In this document: in pieces, positions 18,045 to 27,074 of the stretch
Layout: each line of letters opens with the position of its first letter
How positions within the stretch are numbered: the first letter of the stretch is position 1
Program-made: the position numbers and the translations under genes
NCBI GenBank assembly: GCA_902519465.1
Contig: CABYJW010000003.1
Span: 857-64,856 of the forward strand
Direction: 5' to 3'
From: an uncultured Pelagibacteraceae bacterium
GTDB taxonomy: Bacteria > Pseudomonadota > Alphaproteobacteria > Pelagibacterales > Pelagibacteraceae
DNA: 64,000 nt
The notes under the pieces: generated by a model
Databases searched by the model: none
Told to the model about the DNA's origin: nothing
Seen by the model: only the letters and a program-made list of their open reading frames with translations

Positions 18045-18641
18045 ATGATAAAAAAAATATACGATAAATGTGTGGCCTGGGCTGGACACAGATATGCAAA
18101 GCCTCTTTTAGCTTTTGAATCTTTTATTGAAAGTTCATTTTTCCCAATACCGCCAGATGTAATGATAATTCCAATGGTGGTTGCAAAAAAAAATGAATTT
18201 CTTCGTATAGCATTAATAGCTACAATTTTTTCTGTATTAGGTGCACTTTTTGGATATTTAATTGGTTATGTTTTTTTTAATGAGATAGGTGTTAAAATAT
18301 TTGAACTCTATGGATATGAAGATCCTAATTTCTTAAAAGATAAATTTTCAACAAAAGGTGGTTTTTTTTCTTGGTTAGGAATTCTTGTGACTGCTGGTTT
18401 TACTCCATTGCCCTTTAAACTTTTAACTATTTCGAGCGGCTTTATTCATTTTAATTTAATTTTTTTTATAGTAATTTGTGTTCTAACAAGAGGGTCGAGG
18501 TTTTTTTTAGTAGCATTTTTAACTTATAGATTTGGTCAAAAATTTGGGCCTTTCCTAGAAAAGGAAGGTACTAAATGGTCAGTTATTATAACTATTTTTG
18601 TTTTGTTTATAGCAGGTGGATTTTATTTCTTATTAAAGTAA
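18045..18641 (+). CDS. YqaA/DedA-type (SNARE-associated domain) membrane protein
   Basis: 198 aa. LAFESFIESSFFPIPPDVMIIP is typical of the YqaA family. Multiple TM helices. Confidence 0.7.
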   Translation: MIKKIYDKCVAWAGHRYAKPLLAFESFIESSFFPIPPDVMIIPMVVAKKNEFLRIALIATIFSVLGALFGYLIGYVFFNEIGVKIFELYGYEDPNFLKDKFSTKGGFFSWLGILVTAGFTPLPFKLLTISSGFIHFNLIFFIVICVLTRGSRFFLVAFLTYRFGQKFGPFLEKEGTKWSVIITIFVLFIAGGFYFLLK

Positions 18642-18644
18642 AGA

Positions 18645-19127
18645 ATGGAAAAAAATTTTAACAAAATTTTACTATCTATTTTAGCATTTTCAATACTATC
18701 AATTTTTTCTGCTTATTTTATTGAATATGTTTTAGGTCATAAACCTTGCAAACTTTGTTTATATCAAAGATATCCTTATTTTGTGTCAGTTTTTTTAATT
18801 CTTAATATTCTCGTTTTAAAAAAATATGTAAAATTAACTTTGTTAACTCTCGCTTTGGTGTCTTTTTTTGGATCAGCAATTGCCTTTTATCATTTTGGTA
18901 TTGAACAAGGTTTTTTCAATGAGTCGCTGATTTGCGAAGCTAAAAATTTTGAAAATAATTTGAGTAAAGATGAATTATTAAAAAGTCTTAGCAAAAATAC
19001 TATAAGTTGTAAAACAGTCACTTTTAGAGTTTTTGGCTTATCGCTTGCTTCAATAAATACTGTTTTGTCATTTGTATTATTCGGTATATTTATGAAATTG
19101 TATAAAAATTATGAAAGAAACAAATAA
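18645..19127 (+). CDS. DsbB-family disulfide bond formation protein
   Basis: 160 aa, 4 TM helices, a CKLCLYQRYPY motif and a second Cys pair in the periplasmic loop. Confidence 0.65.
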   Translation: MEKNFNKILLSILAFSILSIFSAYFIEYVLGHKPCKLCLYQRYPYFVSVFLILNILVLKKYVKLTLLTLALVSFFGSAIAFYHFGIEQGFFNESLICEAKNFENNLSKDELLKSLSKNTISCKTVTFRVFGLSLASINTVLSFVLFGIFMKLYKNYERNK

Positions 19128-19644
19128 AAAAACTTTAGAAGAAATTATAAGAGTAGATCATGCTGGGGAAAGAGGCGCCATTAAGATTTATGAAGGGCAG
19201 TTGCTTGCTTTAAATACATTCAGAAAAGACGAAAAATTAAAAAAGTTAATTGAAGATATGAAAGAACATGAAAAAGAGCATTTTGAATATTTTGAAAAAG
19301 AAATTCAAAAAAGAAATATTAAGCCAACAATATTTTTACCTCTTTGGGATTTACTAGGTGTAACACTTGGATTTGGCACAACATTGCTTGGTCCAAAAGC
19401 TGCTATGCTATGTACTGCTTCAGTTGAAGAAGTAATTTGCGATCATTACAAAGACCAATTAGATAGACTTGGTGATGATGAAAAAGAATTAAAAAAATCT
19501 ATAAAAAAATTCAGGGAAGACGAAGATGATCATAAAAACATTGCTTACGACGAAGGAGCAACAAAGAAAGGTCTTTATTCTGTGCTAGATAAGGTAATTC
19601 AAAATACCTCTAAAATAGCTATTAAAGTTTCTGAGAAAATTTAA
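19111..19644 (+). CDS. coq7: demethoxyubiquinone hydroxylase (COQ7-type di-iron)
   Basis: 177 aa with RVDHAGERGAIKIYEGQ and repeated E..H di-iron motifs. Overlaps dsbB by 17 nt. Confidence 0.85.
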   Translation: MKETNKKTLEEIIRVDHAGERGAIKIYEGQLLALNTFRKDEKLKKLIEDMKEHEKEHFEYFEKEIQKRNIKPTIFLPLWDLLGVTLGFGTTLLGPKAAMLCTASVEEVICDHYKDQLDRLGDDEKELKKSIKKFREDEDDHKNIAYDEGATKKGLYSVLDKVIQNTSKIAIKVSEKI

Positions 19645-20214
19645 TTAAGGTTCTAACTCAATATCCCAATATAAATAGTCCATCCAACTTTCATGTAAAA
19701 AATTTGGAGGAAAATTTCTTCCATTTTTATGAAGATCGTCAACAGTTGGGATAAATGGTTTTCTTTTTAATCTTAAATCACATTTGCTATAAAGTTTCCC
19801 CCCTTTTTTAACATTACAAGTAGAACAGGCGGTAACAACATTCTGCCAGTCAGTTTTTCCACCTTTGGATTTTGGAAGTAAATGGTCAAAGGTGAGATCT
19901 TTTTTATCGCCACAATACTGACACGTAAATTTATCTCGAAGAAAAACATTGAAGCGTGTAAAATTTGGATTTTCAGATGGTTTTATAAAACTTTTTAACG
20001 CGATTACGCTTGGCAATTCCATTTCAAATGATGGGCTCCTGACTTTCCTTTTATATCTTGAAACAATACTCACTCTATTTAAAAAAACAGATTTAACCGC
20101 ATCCTGCCAACACCACAAAGAAAGTGGATAATAACTTAATGGTCTGAAATCAGCATTTAAAACCAGAGCTGGACATTTTTCCAATGGAATTTTTTCACTT
20201 GAACTAATTATCAT
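19645..20214 (-). CDS. HNH endonuclease-domain protein
   Basis: 189 aa with CQYCG...FDHLLPKSKGGKTDWQNVVTACSTCNVKKG, an HNH/zinc-finger motif. Confidence 0.75.
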   Translation of the reverse strand: MIISSSEKIPLEKCPALVLNADFRPLSYYPLSLWCWQDAVKSVFLNRVSIVSRYKRKVRSPSFEMELPSVIALKSFIKPSENPNFTRFNVFLRDKFTCQYCGDKKDLTFDHLLPKSKGGKTDWQNVVTACSTCNVKKGGKLYSKCDLRLKRKPFIPTVDDLHKNGRNFPPNFLHESWMDYLYWDIELEP

Positions 20215-20280
20215 GATTAATGCTAACTTATGGAAAAGAAATTATCAAGTTATAAATTTGTTACACTTTATCAAATAATA

Positions 20281-20925
20281 TTATAAATTTTTTTTTAAAA
20301 ATTCCAAACCAATGCTCAAGCCTTCTGTGGGTATACGATGTTCACAATTTTGAAAAATTTTTGTATTTATTTTAATATTTTTGTTAATAAAAAATTCTTT
20401 TGATGCTAAAAAATTATCCAAAGGCACAACCTGATCAATATCACCATGCATCAAATAAATTTCTGGTTTTGAAACTATATTTTTGTCTAAATGTTCTTGA
20501 TTAATAATTTTTCCAGAATAACCAATCACACAACTGATCTTATCTTTTCTTTTAAGTGATGTTTGCAATGAAATCATGCAACCTTGACTAAATCCAACTA
20601 AAGCTATTTTATTTATATCAATTTTATTTTGTTTTATTACTTCGTTTATGAATTTATTTAACTTATTTTCTGCCACCAGAGATTTTGCAAGAGTTTCTTC
20701 AGGTGTTTGGTCCATTAAGTCAAACCATTGAAACCCGGAGGGATTAACTTTACATATTTCAGGTGCATCTGGACATAGAAATAAAGTTTTGGGTAAAAAA
20801 TTTTTCCAATAATTTGCGACAATAGAAATATCGTTACCATCGCCTCCATAACCATGACACAGAATAACAGCACTTTCAGGTGAAACGATTGGATTAACAA
20901 TTTTTGTATTTAAAGAATATTTCAT
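20281..20925 (-). CDS. alpha/beta-hydrolase carboxylesterase/phospholipase family
   Basis: 214 aa with nucleophile elbow GFSQG, HGDIDQVV and C-terminal CEHRI (His). Confidence 0.75.
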   Translation of the reverse strand: MKYSLNTKIVNPIVSPESAVILCHGYGGDGNDISIVANYWKNFLPKTLFLCPDAPEICKVNPSGFQWFDLMDQTPEETLAKSLVAENKLNKFINEVIKQNKIDINKIALVGFSQGCMISLQTSLKRKDKISCVIGYSGKIINQEHLDKNIVSKPEIYLMHGDIDQVVPLDNFLASKEFFINKNIKINTKIFQNCEHRIPTEGLSIGLEFLKKNL

Positions 20926-20936
20926 TACCTGAAGAT

Positions 20937-21452
20937 CTATATGAAATTATTAATCCATTCTATAAATTTTTTGTCCTCAAAATTAATATCTCCAATAATT
21001 CTAGCAAATTCATTTCCTTCCTTATTTAATAAAATAGTTGTAGGAACCCCTCTGAGCTTAAATTGTTTAGTTAACTGGAATTCAGGATCAAAATAAATTT
21101 TAAGATTTTTTAAATTTAAATCTCGATAAAATTTTCTAGTTTTATCTTTATTGGGTTTTTCCAAATTTATCGGATAAATGAGGATATCTTTATTTAAATT
21201 GCTAAAATTATCTAATGAGGGCATTTCTTTTCTACAAGGGTCACACCAAGTTGCCCAGAAATTTATTACCTTAATCTTGCCATCATTTTTATTAACTTCG
21301 ATATCTTTAAGGTAAAAATCCTTAAATTTTACTTGAGAAACTTGTAATGGATTTTTATGAAGAACTATATTATTGAATGGTAATGGTTCAGCTGCAATTG
21401 AAAAATTGAATTTGAAAAAAACTAATAATATTAAAAACTTTAAAATATTCAT
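20937..21452 (-). CDS. TlpA-like periplasmic thiol:disulfide oxidoreductase
   Basis: 171 aa with a signal peptide and a thioredoxin motif WATWCDPCRKEMP. Confidence 0.75.
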   Translation of the reverse strand: MNILKFLILLVFFKFNFSIAAEPLPFNNIVLHKNPLQVSQVKFKDFYLKDIEVNKNDGKIKVINFWATWCDPCRKEMPSLDNFSNLNKDILIYPINLEKPNKDKTRKFYRDLNLKNLKIYFDPEFQLTKQFKLRGVPTTILLNKEGNEFARIIGDINFEDKKFIEWINNFI

Positions 21453-21476
21453 ATTTGAATAGGTTTAACATACAAA

Positions 21477-22865
21477 ATGAAAAATAAAAATAAGACTGTT
21501 TGGTCAAATAGATTTGGGAAAACTAATTCTAAAAATTTTCAAAGAATTGGTGCTTCGATAAATGTTGATAAAAGACTTTATAATGAGGATATTCAGGCAT
21601 CGATTGTTCATACGCAAATGCTAACAAAGAAAAAAATAATTCCAAGAAACGATGGGATTAGAATAATCAAAGGATTAAAAAAAATTAAAACTGAAATCGA
21701 TAAAAATAAGTTTAAATTCAAGGAGAAGTTTGAGGATATTCATCAAAATATTGAGAAGAGACTTTTTCAAATTGTTGGTGACTCTGCAGGTTATTTGCAT
21801 ACAGCGAGATCTAGAAATGATCAAGTTGTAACAGATTTTAAAATATGGGTTAAAAAGGCTTCATTAGATATAAATGAAACCATTAATTTATTGATTAAAT
21901 CTCTTTTAAAAAAAGCATCTAGAAATATTGATACTGTTATGCCTGGGTTCACCCATTTAAAGAATGCACAACCAATTTCTTTTGCTCATTATCTGCTCGC
22001 TTATATTGAAATGCTTTATAGAGACAAAAAAAGATTTAAAAATAATATAAGTTTAATTGATGAATGTCCTTTGGGATCTGCAGCTTTAGCTGGAACCTCA
22101 TTCAATATTGACAGAAATTATACTGCTAAAAAACTTGGTTTCAGAAAACCTACTGGTAATTCTATTGACTCAGTTTCTGATAGAGATTTTGCAATAGACT
22201 TTTTGTCTGCATCTGCTACTTGCGCAATGCATTTATCTAGATTAGCTGAAGATTTTATAATCTTTAATTCAGAAGCATTTAGTTTCATAGAATTCACAGA
22301 CAAAGTTCTAACAGGTTCATCAATAATGCCACAAAAGAAGAATCCAGACCCTGCAGAATTAATTAGAGGAAGAACGGCAATAAATTATGGAAACTTAAAT
22401 TCTATGCTTACAATCATGAAGGGTCTACCAATTTCTTATTATAAAGACTTACAAGACGATAAAGAGTTAGTTTTTGATAGTTTTGATACGTTAAAAGATA
22501 GTTTGTCGATGTCAATCGAGCTCATTGATAACTTAAACACTAAAAAAAATAATATGAGAAATATGGCGCAGAAAGGATATACAACTGCAACAGATTTTGC
22601 TGACTACTTAGCTCAGAAAAAAAATCTGCCTTTTAGAAAAGGTTATGCTATTTCATCAAAGTTAGTAAATTATGCTGAGAGAAAAAAAATAAGATTGGAT
22701 CAACTTTCTATGAAAGAGATAAATAAATTTATTAAAAATACAGAAATAAATATTCCAAAAATATTTGATGTTGTAAATTCAATGAATTCAAAAACTTCAT
22801 ATGGCGGCACATCAACAAAAAATATAAAAAAAATGATTAAAAAGTATAAATCTTATTTGAATTAA
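21477..22865 (+). CDS. argH: argininosuccinate lyase
   Basis: 462 aa with HTARSRNDQV and GSSIMPQKKNPD signature. Confidence 0.92.
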   Translation: MKNKNKTVWSNRFGKTNSKNFQRIGASINVDKRLYNEDIQASIVHTQMLTKKKIIPRNDGIRIIKGLKKIKTEIDKNKFKFKEKFEDIHQNIEKRLFQIVGDSAGYLHTARSRNDQVVTDFKIWVKKASLDINETINLLIKSLLKKASRNIDTVMPGFTHLKNAQPISFAHYLLAYIEMLYRDKKRFKNNISLIDECPLGSAALAGTSFNIDRNYTAKKLGFRKPTGNSIDSVSDRDFAIDFLSASATCAMHLSRLAEDFIIFNSEAFSFIEFTDKVLTGSSIMPQKKNPDPAELIRGRTAINYGNLNSMLTIMKGLPISYYKDLQDDKELVFDSFDTLKDSLSMSIELIDNLNTKKNNMRNMAQKGYTTATDFADYLAQKKNLPFRKGYAISSKLVNYAERKKIRLDQLSMKEINKFIKNTEINIPKIFDVVNSMNSKTSYGGTSTKNIKKMIKKYKSYLN

Positions 22866-22987
22866 TGCGAAAAATAGTTTTGATATTATTAATATTCTTT
22901 TTCTTACAAGGTTGTGGAAAAAAGGGTAATCCGGAATACCAGGGAATGAGAATAGAACAAAATAACATATTAAATTTAAGAACATGA
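22865..22987 (+). CDS. lptM: 40-aa LptM/YifL-like small lipoprotein (below ORF-track cutoff)
   Basis: Hand-translated as MRKIVLILLIFFFLQGCGKKGNPEYQGMRIEQNNILNLRT. It has a lipobox LQGC followed by CGKKG.P.Y, as in the YifL family. TAATG overlap with argH and ATGA overlap with lysA. Confidence 0.6.
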   Translation: MRKIVLILLIFFFLQGCGKKGNPEYQGMRIEQNNILNLRT

Positions 22988-24204
22988 GTTTAAATTATAA
23001 AAGCCAGAACCTATTAATAAATAATACATCTGTGAAAAAAGTTGTAAGAGAAAATCCAACGCCTTTTTATCTTTACTCATATGAAAAAATTAGAAATAAT
23101 TTTAACAATTTTTCTTATTACTTTAAAAAAGTAGATCCCCTAGTATGTTTTTCGGTTAAATCAAACTCGAATGTATTTATAATGTCCGAACTTGGTAAAT
23201 TAGGATCAGGTGCTGATGTGGTTTCAAAGGGTGAGCTAATGAAAGCATTAAAAGCTAAAATTAAACCAAACAAAATTGTTTTTTCTGGTGTGGGAAAGAC
23301 TGAAAACGAACTTTTACATGCAATTAAGAAAAAAGTTTTGTTAATAAATATTGAGTCTGAGAGCGAAGCAATATTGATTAACAAATTGTCAAAAAAACTT
23401 AATTGTATTACTAATATTGGTATCAGAATAAATCCTGGCGTGGACGCAAAAACTATGTCTAAAATTACGACTGGTAAATTAGATAGTAAATTTGGTCTTA
23501 TTAAATCTGATTTTTTAAAATTTTGTAAAAACTCAAAAAAATATAAAAATATAAAAATTAAAGCAATTAGTGTTCACATTGGGAGTCAAATAACTTCAAT
23601 AGGTCCCTATAAAAAAACTTTGGATTTTTTATTAAAAACTATTAAATCAAGCGGAATAAGTTTTGAATTTGTAGATCTAGGTGGTGGATTTGGAATTCCA
23701 TATAGTAAAAAGGATAAAATAATTGATATAAAAAATTATGCTAAATTAGTTGAAACATTTAAAAATAAACTAAACTGTAAAGTTATTTTTGAACCTGGAA
23801 GATTTATAATAGGAAATACAGGAACACTAATATCAAAAGTTGTTTTTGTCAAAAAAAGTGGAAAAAAATATTTTATTATTATTGATGCGGGTATGAATGA
23901 TTTTATGAGACCTGCGTTATATAATGCAAAACATGAAATTATTCCAGTGCTGAAATCTAAAAAAAGAATTAATGGAGATGTTGAATTTGTTGGACCAATT
24001 TGTGAAAGTTCAGATACTTTTCTCAAATATAAAAACTTTACATCAGTAAGTGAAGGAAGTTTGGTTGCAATTACAAACGTTGGTGCTTATGGATCTACGC
24101 TTTCTTCAAATTATAATACTCGACCTTTAGCTGCTGAAATTATTATTAAAAAAGGTCAAATAAAAGTAATTAGAAAAAGACAAAAAATTTCTGAGATCAT
24201 TTAA
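22984..24204 (+). CDS. lysA: diaminopimelate decarboxylase
   Basis: 406 aa, alanine-racemase-fold PLP decarboxylase (FSVKSN, HIGSQI, DLGGGFGIPY, CESSD). Confidence 0.9.
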   Translation: MSLNYKSQNLLINNTSVKKVVRENPTPFYLYSYEKIRNNFNNFSYYFKKVDPLVCFSVKSNSNVFIMSELGKLGSGADVVSKGELMKALKAKIKPNKIVFSGVGKTENELLHAIKKKVLLINIESESEAILINKLSKKLNCITNIGIRINPGVDAKTMSKITTGKLDSKFGLIKSDFLKFCKNSKKYKNIKIKAISVHIGSQITSIGPYKKTLDFLLKTIKSSGISFEFVDLGGGFGIPYSKKDKIIDIKNYAKLVETFKNKLNCKVIFEPGRFIIGNTGTLISKVVFVKKSGKKYFIIIDAGMNDFMRPALYNAKHEIIPVLKSKKRINGDVEFVGPICESSDTFLKYKNFTSVSEGSLVAITNVGAYGSTLSSNYNTRPLAAEIIIKKGQIKVIRKRQKISEII

Positions 24205-24207
24205 TAA

Positions 24208-24915
24208 ATGATATTTTTAAGGTCATTTTTTTTTAATATTTTCCTTTATTTTGGAATTATAAGTGCATGCATAATTGCATTACCGCTTTTAGCTATGAAA
24301 GATAAGTATATGATTTGTGCTGGAAAAATTCTCTCAGATTATATTGTATTTTTAGTCAAAGTTTTTCTCGGTGTTATAATTGAATTCAGAGGTCTAGAAA
24401 ATCTTAAGAAACATGAAAAATATTTTATTGCATCAGCACATCAATCCATGTTTGAAACTTTTGCTTTACAAACCGTTTTACCGGGCCCAATTTTTATATT
24501 AAAAAAAGAGTTAATGAGAATACCTTTGTTTGGATGGTGTTTAAAAAAAATCGGGGCAATAGATATTGTGAGGGATACAGCAACAAGAGAAAATTTAAGT
24601 TTTTTTGATAAAATTTCAGATAGAACAAATAAAAGTAAAAGGCCATTATTAATTTTTCCGCAAGGCACAAGAGTTCCTTATAAAGAACGCCCTCCATTTA
24701 AAAAAGGAGTGGGAAGAATATATAATACGATAAAATTGCCATGTATTCCGGTAGCCTTAAACTCAGGTAAGGTTTGGCCAAAAAATAAATTTAATAAATA
24801 TCCAGGCAAGATTATAATTTCTTTTCTCAATCCTATAAATTCTGGTTTAGAGAAGGAAAAATTTATAAATAAACTTGAGACAGATATCTATAATGAAATT
24901 GATTCTATAGATTAA
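24208..24915 (+). CDS. plsC: 1-acyl-sn-glycerol-3-phosphate acyltransferase
   Basis: 235 aa with an N-terminal TM helix, an AHQSMFE acyltransferase motif (HX4D variant) and FPQGTR. Confidence 0.8.
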   Translation: MIFLRSFFFNIFLYFGIISACIIALPLLAMKDKYMICAGKILSDYIVFLVKVFLGVIIEFRGLENLKKHEKYFIASAHQSMFETFALQTVLPGPIFILKKELMRIPLFGWCLKKIGAIDIVRDTATRENLSFFDKISDRTNKSKRPLLIFPQGTRVPYKERPPFKKGVGRIYNTIKLPCIPVALNSGKVWPKNKFNKYPGKIIISFLNPINSGLEKEKFINKLETDIYNEIDSID

Positions 24916-25800
24916 CTATTTTCTTCCAAAATCTGGTTTGTCAGTTTCCTGACCAGCTTTAATTATTGATTTTCTTAATTCTTTAGACCTGCTAAAAATT
25001 TCTAAAAGTTTTTCACTATTTTTGTCAGAAATTACTTTTTTAAATTCATCTAAATTCTTACTGAACTTATCTATAGCCTGAATTATTAAGTCGCTATTAG
25101 CGATAAATATATCTCTCCACATTGTTGGATCGGATGCTGCTATTCTTGTGAAATCTCTTAAACCTCCAGCGCTATATCTAATAATATCGTTTTGTATTTT
25201 TTCATCGTAACCCATAACGGTTTTTACAATATTATATGCTACTACATGTGGCAAATGACTTGTAATAGACAAAATTTTATCGTGCTCTTCTGGGGACATT
25301 ATTTTTACTTTGCTGCCCATTGTCTCCCAAAAAAGTGAGACTTTTTTAGTGTCTGACTCTTTTGCATTTTTGCCAGGAGTTATTATTGTCCATCTGTTTT
25401 CAAATAAATTTTCTTGTCCTGCTAAAGGTCCGCTTTTTTCTGTCCCAGCAACTGGGTGTGATGGTATCCAATTTATATCTTCTAATTTGGGCTTCTGTCC
25501 TCTTTTCACGGAGAGAGTATCAGTTAAAATTGATCCATTTTTAAGACTTCCCTTAATTTCATTCATCACTGAACTAAAGCTGCTTGATGGAGTAGATATT
25601 AAAACTAAATCAGAATTTTTTACAGCATCTGCTGGACTTGAAACCATTTCGTCAGATAAATTATATTTTTTTATGACTTCCATAACGGATTTATTATTAT
25701 CGAACGTAATTATTTTTTTAATTGAACTTTTTTTCTTCAAGGCTTTAAATATTGATGAGCCTATTAAACCACAGCCAATAATTGTTATTTGATCAAACAT
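24916..25800 (-). CDS. tyrC: prephenate/arogenate (cyclohexadienyl) dehydrogenase
   Basis: 294 aa with Rossmann IIGCGLIGSS and SHPVAGTE, adjacent to hisC as in alphaproteobacteria. Confidence 0.8.
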   Translation of the reverse strand: MFDQITIIGCGLIGSSIFKALKKKSSIKKIITFDNNKSVMEVIKKYNLSDEMVSSPADAVKNSDLVLISTPSSSFSSVMNEIKGSLKNGSILTDTLSVKRGQKPKLEDINWIPSHPVAGTEKSGPLAGQENLFENRWTIITPGKNAKESDTKKVSLFWETMGSKVKIMSPEEHDKILSITSHLPHVVAYNIVKTVMGYDEKIQNDIIRYSAGGLRDFTRIAASDPTMWRDIFIANSDLIIQAIDKFSKNLDEFKKVISDKNSEKLLEIFSRSKELRKSIIKAGQETDKPDFGRK

Positions 25801-26875
25801 TGAAGATTTTTTTTAAAGTTAAAATTAATTTTTTATTTTCGTAGCTGTTTCCAATCGTAACTCTTAAAGAATTTTTAATGTCATAAACGTCCATTTGCCT
25901 TACTAAAATTCCCGAATTTGCTAATTTATTAAATACTTGGGATGAGTTTAACTTCACATAATTAAAATTGAAAAGAAAAAAATTTACATTTGTTTTGTTC
26001 GTTGTAATTCCTATTTGATCAGCGACTTCAAATATTTTTTCAGCCCAAAAAGTATTGTGGTCAATTGCTTTTTTTAACCATTTGCTATCTTGCACAGCTT
26101 GTGTGGCTGCAAAAAGAGCAGGTCTACTGACATTGAATGGTGGTTTAATTTCATAAAGCTTCTTTATAATATTTTTTGAACCATAGCCCCAACCTATTCT
26201 TAATCCCGCTAAACCGTAGATTTTGGAGAAAGTTCTTGTCACTATTACGTTCTCGGATTTAGAGAATAAGTCTATTCCTGATGAATAATTAGAATCATAA
26301 ATATATTCATAGTAAGCATCGTCTATGACTAACAAAATATCACTCCTTAACTTTTTTCTTAATTTAATAATTTCAAATTTGTCTAGGTATGTTCCTGTTG
26401 GATTATTAGGATTTGCTAAAAAAACAATTTTAGTTTTTTTGTTTACACAATTTAAAATTGAATTGACAGAAGCTTTAAAATTTTCTTCTTTAGCATATCT
26501 CACTTTAGCTCCAAACATTCTACTATAAATTCTGTAAATTATAAAACTGTATTCTGGAACAATAACTTCGTCACCTTTATTTAAAAAAAGTTTACAAACT
26601 AATTCAAAAATTTGATCAGAACCAGATCCAAGTATGATTCTCTCTTTTTTAAGATTAAATTTTTTTGCAAGAACTTTTCTGAAAAAAGTTCCATCTGAGT
26701 CCGGGTATCTAACAAATCCTTTGCCTATAGAGTTATATGATTTTACAGCCTTTGGGCTTGGTCCTAAAGCTGACTCATTTGCTGAAAGCTTTATAGGGCT
26801 TCTTCTGCTTTTAAATAAACTAAGACCAGCAACATACTTCTCAGCTATGATTTTTCTTGGCTTGGGTAATTTCAT
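25793..26875 (-). CDS. hisC: histidinol-phosphate aminotransferase
   Basis: 360 aa with LSANESALGPSP, NPNNPTG and RTFSKIYGLAGLRIGW. Confidence 0.85.
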   Translation of the reverse strand: MKLPKPRKIIAEKYVAGLSLFKSRRSPIKLSANESALGPSPKAVKSYNSIGKGFVRYPDSDGTFFRKVLAKKFNLKKERIILGSGSDQIFELVCKLFLNKGDEVIVPEYSFIIYRIYSRMFGAKVRYAKEENFKASVNSILNCVNKKTKIVFLANPNNPTGTYLDKFEIIKLRKKLRSDILLVIDDAYYEYIYDSNYSSGIDLFSKSENVIVTRTFSKIYGLAGLRIGWGYGSKNIIKKLYEIKPPFNVSRPALFAATQAVQDSKWLKKAIDHNTFWAEKIFEVADQIGITTNKTNVNFFLFNFNYVKLNSSQVFNKLANSGILVRQMDVYDIKNSLRVTIGNSYENKKLILTLKKIFNV

Positions 26876-26943
26876 AATATTTTAGATGTCTTATATTAAA
26901 AGCAACTTAATTTGTATAACGTAAATCAAAATATTTGAATAAA

Positions 26944-26972
26944 TTGACATGTTTGTGGCGATTTAGTATACA
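26944..26972 (+). promoter_or_regulatory. near-consensus sigma70 promoter for the metX leader
   Basis: TTGACA (26944-26949), a 17-nt spacer and TATACA (26967-26972). Confidence 0.6.
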
Positions 26973-26977
26973 TTCGC

Positions 26978-27030
26978 GTAGCGCTGATTTAACCAAATTG
27001 CGAGCGCTGAGTAAATGCAGCTAAACAGGG
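26978..27030 (+). promoter_or_regulatory. candidate SAM-II/SAM-V-class riboswitch aptamer
   Basis: P1 is AGCGCU (26980-85) paired with AGCGCU (27003-08). The loop carries GAUUU...UUGC and the 3' tail AAAUGCAGCUAAA can pair to it (UUGC/GCAG, UUU/AAA), giving an H-type pseudoknot upstream of metX. Confidence 0.5.
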
Positions 27031-27038
27031 ATTTTTTT

Positions 27039-27062
27039 ACCCAGTCTAGCTGGGTTTTTTTT
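27039..27062 (+). terminator. leader terminator (riboswitch expression platform)
   Basis: Stem ACCCAG/CUGGGU with a 5-nt loop, followed by U8, 13 nt before the metX ATG. Its 3' arm UAGCUG can alternatively pair with CAGCUA (27018-23). Confidence 0.7.
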
Positions 27063-27074
27063 GGTGAAAACAAA

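Noticed and set aside
27015-27074. ORF-track N-terminal extension of metX (MQLNRDFFTQSSWVFFGENK)
   Set aside because: It spans the leader hairpin plus U8 terminator and the putative riboswitch tail. The homoserine O-acetyltransferase similarity begins after the in-frame ATG at 27075.
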